Assembly: GCA_013265495.1 (NCBI GenBank)
Contig: MU057930.1
Span: 9,599-73,598, forward strand
Length of the DNA: 64,000 bases
Direction of reading: 5' to 3'
Source: Vicugna vicugna
Lineage: Eukaryota
This document shows positions 52,572 through 61,912 of this stretch, one piece after another; position 1 is the first letter of the stretch, and the number at the start of each line of letters is the position of its first letter. Under the pieces are notes generated by a model, which was not told the origin of the DNA, ran no database searches, and was given only the letters and a program-made list of their open reading frames with translations. A program made the translations under genes and the position numbers.

Positions 52572-53210
52572 ATGTGGTGGATTAAATCCTAATGTCTACC
52601 AAAAAGGTGCGAGCATGTCCTAAAGTCTATTGTGATATAGATACATATTTTTTTAAGTTGAAGTACAGTCCGTTACAATGTGTCCGTCTCTGGTTGCACA
52701 GCACAGTGTCCCAGTCATGCACATACAGACATACATTCATTTTCATATTTTTGTTCTTGTTGTTACTCGTGGATATGACTTTGTTGGCAAAAAAAGGATC
52801 TTGGCAGATGTAATTCATGAAGGATCTTCAGTTGAAGAGGTCATTCTTGATTATCCAGGTGGAAGGGAAGGACCTGAGAGGAGGTCCTCCTGGAGGAGGG
52901 GGCCCTGCATCCAAGGTCAGTGTCTTCAGAAGAGACAGAAGAGGAGACACACAGACACAGAGGAGACGCCACGTGGAGACGGAGGCAGAGACGGGAGGGA
53001 GGCGACCACCAGCGCAGGGATGGACTCCTGGAGCCCCCAGAAGCTGGAAGAGGCAGGAGGGACCCTCCCCTGGAGCCTCGGGAGGGAGCGCGGCCCTGGG
53101 ACGCCTTGGCCTCAGACGTCTGGTCTCCAAGACTTGGGGAAGGTGGATGTCTGTGGTTTTTAGCCTCCCAGTTTGAGGTTATTTGTTACAGATGCTCCAG
53201 GACACATACA
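52572..53210 (+). mobile_element. MaLR LTR (MLT1C-like), homogenised copy 3, with a nested minus-strand L1 tail (~52630-52768)
   Basis: gcagatgtaattcatgaagg...; the core translation KDLRGGPPGGGGPASK...ETEAETGGRRPPAQGWTPGAPRSWKRQ nearly equals that of 4382-4705. Confidence 0.85.
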
Positions 53211-53924
53211 CACGGCATCTCAGTGAGCTGTCTGAGCAAGCAGGGCCTTCCAGAGGCGCATGTGCCCCCATCTTCACACAAAGACCTGAATTCCCTGGGG
53301 GGCTCTGCAGACGTGTGACATACAGGCCACGAAGATGCATTAATTTGTCTTCTGAGTCACACTGTCGGTCGCCACCTCTCCTGCAGCTGGAATGGAGAAG
53401 TCCAGGAACTTCTGGTGCTCAGGTGTCATTGTGCCCCGTGACCTCTGGGTGCACCCCTCTCGGTGCTGGCCCTGGTCCCCATCATCCTTCCTGTCACCCG
53501 TGGCTGTCCTGTGAAGGGCATCAGGATGCTTCTCAGCCAAGTGGACGTCCTGCGGAGTCTGCGTGCCCTGCAGAAGGGCCCGGCCCGCTCCTCTCTGGCC
53601 GTTGTGCAGTCTCACGTGCTGGGCTCTCAGCTCTGCCAGCCACAGTGGGACACGGACGAGGGGTGCGGACCTCAGATGAACGTCCCCGGGGCCTCGTCCT
53701 GGTCTCTTGCCTGTTCACACCAACATCTCCCGGTTCTGCGGCACAGAATTCACAGCCTCTTGTGCATCTGTAACAGAAACACCACCCCTGGGGTTAGACA
53801 CACCTGAGGGCCCCCCACTAAGTGCCACCAGGAACTTGAAGCTGCGGAGACGTTGAGTCTTTCTGGGGGTAAATTCCCACCCATTCGATGGGACTTCCAA
53901 TCCACACCCAGCACACGGGCCAAA

Positions 53925-54138
53925 GCCTGGGGCCACGAAGTTCGGCCCTAGGACCAATCTGATCTCACCGCTTTTTTTGTAAATAAAGTTTTATTAAAAC
54001 ACAGCTGCCTGGGGGAGGATGTGTCTGTGGCTGCTTCTGTGTTGTGTGGGAAATCAGAGTGGTTGTGACCCATTGTACAGCCCCAAGTACAGAGACATTC
54101 ACAGCTGGCCCTTTATGTAAAAAGCTGACCCAGAGCCC
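53925..54138 (+). mobile_element. MER58A (hAT-Charlie)
   Basis: tttttgtaaataaagttttattaaaacacagc...gtctgtggctgcttc...ctggccctttatgtaaaaag. Confidence 0.75.
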
Positions 54139-54139
54139 T

Positions 54140-54181
54140 ATCTGTCTGTCTGTGTCTGTCTGTGTGTCTATCCATCCATCT

Positions 54182-54237
<56 letters not shown>

Positions 54238-54730
54238 ATCTATCTATCTAATCCATCCATCCAACCATCCATCTTATCTATCCATCCATTCATCTAATCT
54301 CTCCATACATTCATGTATTTATCCATCTAATCAAGGTATCAGTCTATTGTCTATCCATCCATGCATGTATTTATCTATGTATCTACATATCTATCTATCC
54401 ATCCATCCTATCTATCTATCCATCTATCCACCCATCCATGTATCAATCCATCTTATCAATCTATCCATCCATTCTATGTATCCATCATCCATGTATCTAA
54501 CCATCTATCCATCCACCCATCCATCCATCTATCCATCCCTCCATGTATTTATCTATGTATCTACATATCTATCTATCCATCTATCTGTCCATCCCTATCT
54601 ATCCATCCATCCATCCATTCTACGTATCCATCCATCTGCCCATCTTATCTATGTACCATCTGTCTAGTACGTATCTTTCTTTCTAAGTATCATGTCTAGT
54701 ATCTACATACCTATCTATCTATCCATCTAC
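54140..54730. repeat. (TCTA/TCCA)n array with a 178-bp internal duplication
   Basis: catgtatttatctatgtatctacatatctatctatccatc at 54364 and 54542. Confidence 0.92.
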
Positions 54731-55494
54731 GTACCTAAAGTAGAACATGAAAGTATTCAACACTCTTTTAGAAAAAACAGATGAATGATGAATGAATGAA
54801 TGAAGAGTGCGTAAGTCATGTTTGTGAAAGGCTCTAGCACTCCATCTGGGAACACAACTCTCTGGAATCTTTTCTTGTCTTTTTCTTCTGAAGCGAAGAC
54901 AAGCAACCCTGGAGAGGCAGATCCGCTGAACACGGCGTTCTCCACATGCAGCGAGGGCCAGGATGGTGAGATGGGGAGCCGGTGACAAGCGGACACGCAG
55001 AGGAGAACACACATCTGACGTGACAAGCAGGCGTATTGCTCATGGCACGGCTCCCATAAGATGGGCCACGTGTCTGATGGGGCCACTCCAAGTGTCTGGG
55101 GACAGCGTCAAGACGGCAGTGTCCTCCGATTCCAGGCTGTGCCTGGGACACTTACGGGAACTTTCCACCTGCCCAGGGCTGCCAGGGGAATGGCACGTCC
55201 ACAACACCGACGCCCACGTGCCCAGAAGACCCATCTCCAGAAACAGACTGGGCAGCGTCCGTGCACTCACACCCACGCAGAAGCAGCAGACATTAAAAGC
55301 AAGAAACAGCTTCAGCATCTCTGTTTAGAGGCAGTTTTGTTTATAGAGTTTAGCACGTTAGCCGAGCAAAGCACCATGCCTGAGAGGCAGGAAACAGACG
55401 GAGAATCTGATCCCGATTTTCTTGAGTACCCCAAAAGTGAGATGTGTCTTCCTTCACATTTTATTAGTGGCCATTAAATAAACACTCCGTTCCA

Positions 55495-56190
55495 GAAAAG
55501 GGAGCCCTCCTACACTGCTGGTGGGAATGTAATTTGGTGCAGTCACCATGGAGAACAGTACGGAGGTTCCTCAGAAAATTAAAAATAGAGTTACCATATG
55601 ATCCAGCATTCCCACTCCTGGGCATGTATCCAGAGAAAAACGTAATTCAAAAAGACACCTGCACCCCAATGTCTACAGCAGCACTATTTACAACACTCAA
55701 GACCTAGAAACAACCTAAATGTCCATCGACAGATGACTGGATAAAGAAGATGCGGTGTATTTATACAGTGGAATACTACTCAGTCATAAAAAAGAATAAA
55801 ATGCCATTTGCAGCTAACATGGATGGCCCTGGAGATGATCATACTAAGTGAAATAAGTCAGAAAGAGAAAGATAAATATTATATGATATCACTTCTATGT
55901 GGTATTGAAAAAAATGACACAAATGAACTTACTTACAGAACAGAGACAGAGAAAACATACGTATGGTTACCAAAGTGGAGGGGGAGGGATAAATCAGGAG
56001 TCTGCGATTAGCAGACACACACCTCTGTATATAAAACAGACACACAACAAGGCCCTACTGCACAGCACAGGGGACTCTATCCAATACCTTGCGATAACCT
56101 CTAATAAAAAAGAATCTGGTGCCGTGCACCTGAAACTAACACAGTATTGTAAATTAACTATAGTTAAGTAAATAAACATTTTTAAAAAAC
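55495..56190 (+). mobile_element. 5'-truncated lineage-specific L1
   Basis: ORF2 end TWMALEMIILSEISQKEKDKYYMISLLCGI plus 3' UTR (gggagggataaatcaggag...gcacagggg). Confidence 0.92.
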
Positions 56191-56664
56191 AGTCCAGAAG
56201 CATGGCTGATGACTAACTGTCTAATAGTTCTCCTTCCACGTTAGAACCAAAAAACAATTTATAAAGCATCTGTAGCCACGTGGGAACCCCACCCTGGAAG
56301 AGCTGCTGGCTGTGACGCCAATGCAAGGATACGCTAGGAGCCGAAATGCAGTTTGGGGCCTCAGTGGGATTTTGACAATTGAGAGAATGGGGGGTTAGCT
56401 GACCGGCAGTCACTGGTCTTGAAATTCAGGGCATCGTCTGACAGGAAACACATGGAGACCTTTCAACAGCCTTCCAAATGCCTTCTCTGTCCAGGATGGA
56501 ACTTGAGAACAATAGCCATTCTCAGAGGGAGGATTGAGCCGTCCTTGTCTGACTGGGCAGTGAGGGAGGGTGGGCTCTGGTGCCCATGCAAGGATCCATG
56601 AGCTGCTTGAGATGTTCATAGGCACTGAGGACTATGACTTTCCTGTAACGCTGACTGAGCTGTT

Positions 56665-57035
56665 GGTGTCTTAACAGAACTCAACTTTATTCGTGCTCAG
56701 TTCTCAAGATGCAGGGTCGAGCTCCTTCAAAAGCTGCAGGGGAAGGTCCCTCACTGCCTCTTCCATCTTCTGGAGGTTCCAGCATCCCTGGGCTGGTGGC
56801 CACCTCCCTTTTGTCTTGTCCTCTGTTGCCACATGACCTCCTCCACTTCTGTAATCAAATCTGCATCTGTCTCTGGTCAGTAAACTTGTGATTACCCGGA
56901 TCAGCCAAGACGAGGTTCTCATCTTAAGATATTCATGAGACTGGCAAGGATTCCCTTCCCAAATAGGAACACACTCACAGGTTCCAGGTGTCAGGATGCG
57001 GACACAGCTTTCAGGGAGTCACCATTCAGCCCACT
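56665..57035 (-). mobile_element. Diverged MLT1C-like LTR
   Basis: gcaggggaaggtccctcactgcctcttccatcttctgg...ccttcccaaataggaacacactcacaggttccagg...caccattcagcccactgca. Confidence 0.75.
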
Positions 57036-57835
57036 GCAGAGGGAGCTGGACGCCACCAGGATCGCCCCACCCACCCCTCTCCTGTTCCCAGGGCACAGAG
57101 GGCGGCCTCCACGCTGCTGGAGGAGAAGGTGTCTGCACCTGAAGTCCCTGAGGGTCCCCTGGGAAGGACCGGATGGACCGTCAGGGGCACCCACAACCAG
57201 GGCAGCGTTGGCATTCGACATGACGACTGGTGTTACTGTCGTGGTATGAAGTGGCGCCCCGGGCATGCAGACGTCTCCAAGAGGGCAGCACACACGCTTA
57301 ACAGACAATGAGAGGAAACGTGGGGAGACCCAGAGAGAGGCCAAAGGTGGCCACTGAATGGTACTGGGGGGCAAGGAAGCCAATCTTCAATCAAGGTTCT
57401 AAAAATGGGGGCTATGTCTAGACCCCCACACCCTGTGCAGATGACTCCTATGATTGGCTTAGCCCCTGTCCCTGTCCCTGTCCTGTCCTATAGACCCCAA
57501 GGTGAGGTGTCTCTGTCCTGTCCCACAGGACCCCTGGTGAGGGTGTCCAGGCCCCCTCACTTACCACACGTCCTACAGAATTCCTACAGCTCCGGTGAGG
57601 GTCTGTCCGTGAGTCACGGGGTGAGAACCTGACAGATGATCTGCAGGCTGCGGGGGCAGCTGTGAACCGACCCCTCTGAAGATGGTCGAGTGGGGGGCCG
57701 TTTGCCCATGAGAGCCTGGATCAGCTGACTGTGGGGGCTCCCACCTCCCTCCGTCCAGGACCCACAAGTCAAAGCTTTGTGTCCGGCATAAAGCGTGAGC
57801 GAGAGGACTGAGGACACAGGACCCCTTCAGACACC

Positions 57836-57943
57836 AGTGCAGGACTGAACGCGGTCCCCCGGCGTGGCCGCTATCCCGACGAGGCGTCCTGGGTCATGTC
57901 AGCGCTGCCGGTCATCTGGCAACTCCTGGCCCACAGCTGTCGC
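57836..57943 (-). pseudogene. 108-bp partial duplicate of the DHRSX terminal exon (RQLWARSCQMTGSADMTQDASSG-stop plus 35 nt of UTR)
   Basis: Matches 58273-58380 with 3 mismatches; offset 437 bp. Confidence 0.9.
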
Positions 57944-58057
57944 ACCTCAGTCCCAGGCGCCCTGAATGTCCCTGTCTTACCGGGAACGTTTCTGCCCCCT
58001 GCCGTGTACTTGGGCCTCTGTGCTGAGCAAGGAACACCGCACACGTGGGTGGCAGGA

Positions 58058-58063
58058 TTTAAT
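58058..58063 (-). terminator. Candidate DHRSX polyadenylation signal (ATTAAA)
   Basis: ATTAAA on the minus strand ~245 nt after the stop, followed by GU-rich gtgtgcggtgttcctt; not confirmed by transcripts. Confidence 0.45.
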
Positions 58064-58307
58064 TACCGTTGGCACCTGAAACAAATGGACACTTTGGGGA
58101 TCACAAGGTTTACGGCTGAGGACCACCGTAAATGTCTCTTGTGCTCTTTGATGTCCTGCACACAGCAGGGCAGCAGACGGGAGATGCTGCGGGGACAGAG
58201 CCCGGAGCAGGGCGGGGAGGAGGGGCCGAGGACGATGGAGACACTCCGCGGTCCGGCGCAGACAGACCTGTGAGTGCGGGACTGAACGCGGTCCCCCGGC
58301 GTGGCCG

Positions 58308-58511
58308 CTACCCCGACGAGGCGTCCTGGGTCACGTCAGCGCTGCCGGTCATCTGGCAACTCCTGGCCCACAGCTGTCGCTGCAGCTTTCGGTCGTACGT
58401 GGTCGCCAGCGACTTGGTCTCTTTCTCGTTGTAAAGGTAGCGGCCGCCGACACCTTCCAGCGCAGGGGAGACCGCCGCGTAGACGGAAGTCCAGGATCCT
58501 TCCTCCGGGCT
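58308..58511 (-). CDS. DHRSX: DHRSX (dehydrogenase/reductase X-linked, polyprenol dehydrogenase) terminal coding exon; partial gene
   Basis: Acceptor ctccctctccccgcag, then a 204-nt phase-0 frame SPEEGSWTSVYAAVSPALEGVGGRYLYNEKETKSLATTYDRKLQRQLWARSCQMTGSADVTQDASSG-TAG, matching the recalled human DHRSX C-terminus (TPDEGAWTSIYAAVTPELEGVGGHYLYNEKETKSL...LQQQLWSKSCEMTG). Confidence 0.95.
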   Translation of the reverse strand, partial: SPEEGSWTSVYAAVSPALEGVGGRYLYNEKETKSLATTYDRKLQRQLWARSCQMTGSADVTQDASSG

Positions 58512-58648
58512 CTGCGGGGAGAGGGAGATGAGAGCGGGCGTCAGCCTTCAGAGCAGAGCACGCGGGGGGCCCTCGCCCACACGGCAGCTGTCGGGTGACA
58601 CAGAACGACCATCATATGGGTGGACAGGTGCGTGTGGGAGGCTGGTGG

Positions 58649-59027
58649 CCAGCCTGGTCCAGACAATCCGGTCCAGCCAACCTGGTCCTACCAACCTGGT
58701 CCAGACAGCCTGGTCCGGCCAACTGGGTCCAGGCAACCTGGTCCAGGGAACCTGGTCTGGGCAACCTGGTCTGGCCAAGCTGGTCGGGCCAACCTGGTCC
58801 AACCGATCTGGTCCAGCCAGCCTGGTGTGGCCAACCTGGTCCAGGCAACCTGGTGCGGCCAACCTGGTGCAGCCAAGCTGGTCCGGCCAACCTGGTCCAG
58901 ACAACCTGGTCCGGCCAAGCTGGTCCGGCCAACCTGGTCCAACCAACGTGGTCCGGCCAACCTGGTCCAGACAACCTGGTCCAGACAACCTGGTTCAGAC
59001 AACCTGGTCCAATCAACTGGGTTGGGC
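58649..59027. repeat. 14-bp minisatellite (consensus ccaacctggtccrg), ~27 copies, in the last DHRSX intron
   Basis: Units ccaacctggtccgg / acaacctggtccag repeat throughout. Confidence 0.95.
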
Positions 59028-60619
59028 CAGAGCCCCGAAGCTGTTGCAAAGCGTGCCCCGTCTCCCTCTCTTCTCTCCTCTCCGTCTCTATCTCTGTGTC
59101 TCTCTCTGCTGCATTCTGCTCCTCAGTCGAGCAGGACCTGCCCCCCAGCCCCAGCCTCCCAGCTCCTTCCAGGCCCCTAACCTTCCGCAGGTGGAGGCCA
59201 CAGGGTGTCACAGCGGAGGGGACCTCCTGCTGCCCTGGGTGAAGTGACCGGAAGGTGAGTCCTGACGGGGCCACCTGGGTCCCCACGGAGATGACAGCTT
59301 CCCAACAGACAAGAGTCAGCTTTATAAAATTGACGTGGAGTTGATTCACAAGATCACGGGTGTGTGAGGTGTGCAGCTCAGTGACTCAGTTCCACACACA
59401 CGTTTTTCTCAGATCAGCTTGCCTTACAGGTTATCACGAGAGCCAGGAACCCGTTCTGACTTCCGTGGCGTCTAAGACGCTCTTGTTTGCATTTACAGTT
59501 CACGCTGCCCCCCGCACCGGGCAAGCGAACCCTTAAACGAGCCCCTGGAACGAGCCCGTTCATACTCAGCCCAGATCCACGCCGAGGACTCACGGGTCCG
59601 TGCCCAGAACGCCCCGCTGCCATCTCGTCCCTGCAGGGAGGCACCCCCACCCAAAATGCCCGCTGTGGTCCCCCCCGCTGGGGTTTCCCGAGGACATACC
59701 CAGCCGTCTCCTCAGGGGCTGCTTCTCTGGGGCCCCCCCAGGGGGCTCTATCCGGGGGTTCCGGTTCCCCCACACGCTGAAAATCCCCGTCTGGCTAACA
59801 GTCCTGGGGCTGGGCGGGTCTGACTGGGACACGTGGACGGCTGTCTCAGAGGGGCGTGGCTGTGGCGTGCGGGACAAAGGACACGGGGCTGTGCCCGAGA
59901 CTCAGCTTCCGCCTGGGAGACGGGATGCGGTGGAATTGTCCCTGACGGTGGTGTTTCTGTAGGAGACTCACTCCCAGGCACAAACGTTCACATGCACATG
60001 TGCAAATACACCCCCCCACACACACACAGACACATACACACACACACACACCACCCCAGGGCAGCCCTGACCAGACAGAGCTTTATGCTGACACAGAAAA
60101 GGGACAGGTTAAAAAAAAAAAAAAAAAGAGCTGTCTCTGGGCTCCAGTGCGTCTTGTGCAGAACGAACCACATCCACCCACCCTCCCGTATCACGTCCTT
60201 AAGCACACGACCGATGCTGGGTCACTTGCGGAATGTTTCCAAGCCTTTGGCGGATCAGGAACACGGAGGAAACGAGGTTTCACGGGGAGTGTTTTAATTC
60301 CCAAATGTTTTGACAGCTCATGAAATACATGGTTTTGTTCACTTATTCTCCCTCACAGCTGATGTCACCGTCCGAACCAGCACCCAGCGGGGCGATGACA
60401 CATGACGCCTGCGTGAAGGTCGGATGTTGTGAGAAATGCTGAGATGCACACGCGCGTGTATGAGCATGCACACACACACATGCGTGCACACAATGCACAT
60501 ACGCTTACACGTGCACACAAGCTCTCACACAATGCAGACAGCTGACTAACTCTAGGGCATTCACCTGTGTCCTCTGGAGGAAGGGGAGGTGCCAAAGCAT
60601 TGGTGGGGGAAGGTCCCGG

Positions 60620-60925
60620 GACCTGGGTCAAATTTCTGCATCACCTCTTGTGAACCAGAGACCTTGCCCAAGCCCTGCTCCCTCCATGAGCCTCTGCGTC
60701 CCCACCTGCAAGACGGGAAGGGCAGTTATCGCTTATCGGGAGAAGTGAATACAGCCGGGAAACAGAAACACGACTGCCCACGATAAACAGCAAGCACACG
60801 AGGGTGACTGTGAGTCCGACGGGCCAGGCGCTGTGCCAGGCACCCACACGCCGGTTTACAGCCCCACATCCGAGGCTCAGAGAGGTCTAGTCACTTGCCC
60901 ACGGCACACAGCCGGTAGGTGCAGG
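60620..60925. mobile_element. MIR fragments in opposite orientations
   Basis: ccttgcccaagccc...gagcctctgcgtccccacctgcaag and gaggctcagagaggtctagtcacttgcccacggcacacagc. Confidence 0.6.
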
Positions 60926-60929
60926 TTTT

Positions 60930-61212
60930 ACCCCAGGACCTCGGAATGGGGCTGTGTCTGGAGACGGGGTCTTTAAGGAGGTGATGGAGGTAAAATGGGG
61001 TCACTAGGGTGGGTCCTGATCCCAGAGGACTGGGTCCTTGTAAGAAGAGGAGATGGGACCCAGACATACGCAGAGGGACGCCCACGGGAGGACACGGCCG
61101 TCCACACACCAAGGAGACGCCAGCCCTGCTCACACCTGGACCTCACATCCCAGCTTCCAGGACGGGGAGACATGAAGGTCTGTGGTGTCTGTTGCAGCCG
61201 CCTGAGCCGATT
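60930..61212 (+). mobile_element. MLT1A-like LTR
   Basis: gagacggggtctttaaggaggtgat...agggtgggtcctgatccc...ccttgtaagaagaggag...ccctgctcacacctggacctc. Confidence 0.75.
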
Positions 61213-61579
61213 CGGCGTCCAAATGATCCCTCTCCTCCGACAAGAAACATAGCGGGGAAGGGCTCCGGGTGACAGCGGCTCTTCTGGGGAGGGGCCCGCT
61301 CCCGGAACACAGACAGCCTCTCACCGGGAAGCCCCATCCCAAATCGCCTCCGCTCCCCGAGGGTTCTGACGCTCCTTCCAGCTGCACCAGGGAAACCGCT
61401 TGGCCGGACGGCAAGCGGAGCGTCCCTGGTCCCGGGAGCGTTCCTGTCGACCGAGTCCTCCCCCAGGGCCAAGCAATCGGGTGGGCGTCTGGCCCTGAGG
61501 CCCCGGTTCTGCCAAGATCAGCGACGCCCACAGCAGGTAGGAGATGCTTCTTCAACACGAGCCCAGTGAAGGCACGTCC

Positions 61580-61790
61580 TGCTGTGGACAGAATGTGCGT
61601 GACCCCGAATTCATATGCTGAAGCCTCAAGTACTAGGAGGCGGGGGCTTCGGGAGGTGAGGAGGGAGACACGAGGTCATGAGCGTGGGGCCCCCGAGGTG
61701 GCATTAGTGCCCTTATGAGAGGAGGAAGAGACACCAGAGCAGTGTCTCCATCGGGTGAGGACACAGCAAAGATGCAGCTGGCCATAAACC
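61580..61790 (+). mobile_element. MLT1-type LTR 5' fragment
   Basis: tgctgtggacagaatgtgcgtgaccccgaattcatatgctgaagcc...gcattagtgcccttatgagagg. Confidence 0.65.
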
Positions 61791-61796
61791 AGCCGT

Positions 61797-61912
61797 CCCC
61801 CCACGCACACCTGCATCTCCCCCACGCACACCTGCTGTCCCCCCCACGCACACCTGCCGTCCCCTCCATGCACACCTGCATCCTCTCCACATACACCTGC
61901 TGTCCCTCCCGC
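61797..61912. repeat. ~21-23-bp minisatellite (ccccacgcacacctgc-), ~5 copies
   Basis: Seen directly. Confidence 0.85.

Noticed and set aside
4233..53318. Repeated similar ORFs at 4382, 36042 and 52817 suggesting a paralogous small-protein family
   Set aside because: They are translations of MLT1 LTR copies; copy 2 has a frame-shifting indel relative to copy 1, and the similarity is at DNA level.
58528..59349. Overlapping 100-245 aa ORFs on both strands, and a possible CRISPR-like array
   Set aside because: Produced by a 14-bp tandem minisatellite with no spacers, inside a mammalian intron.
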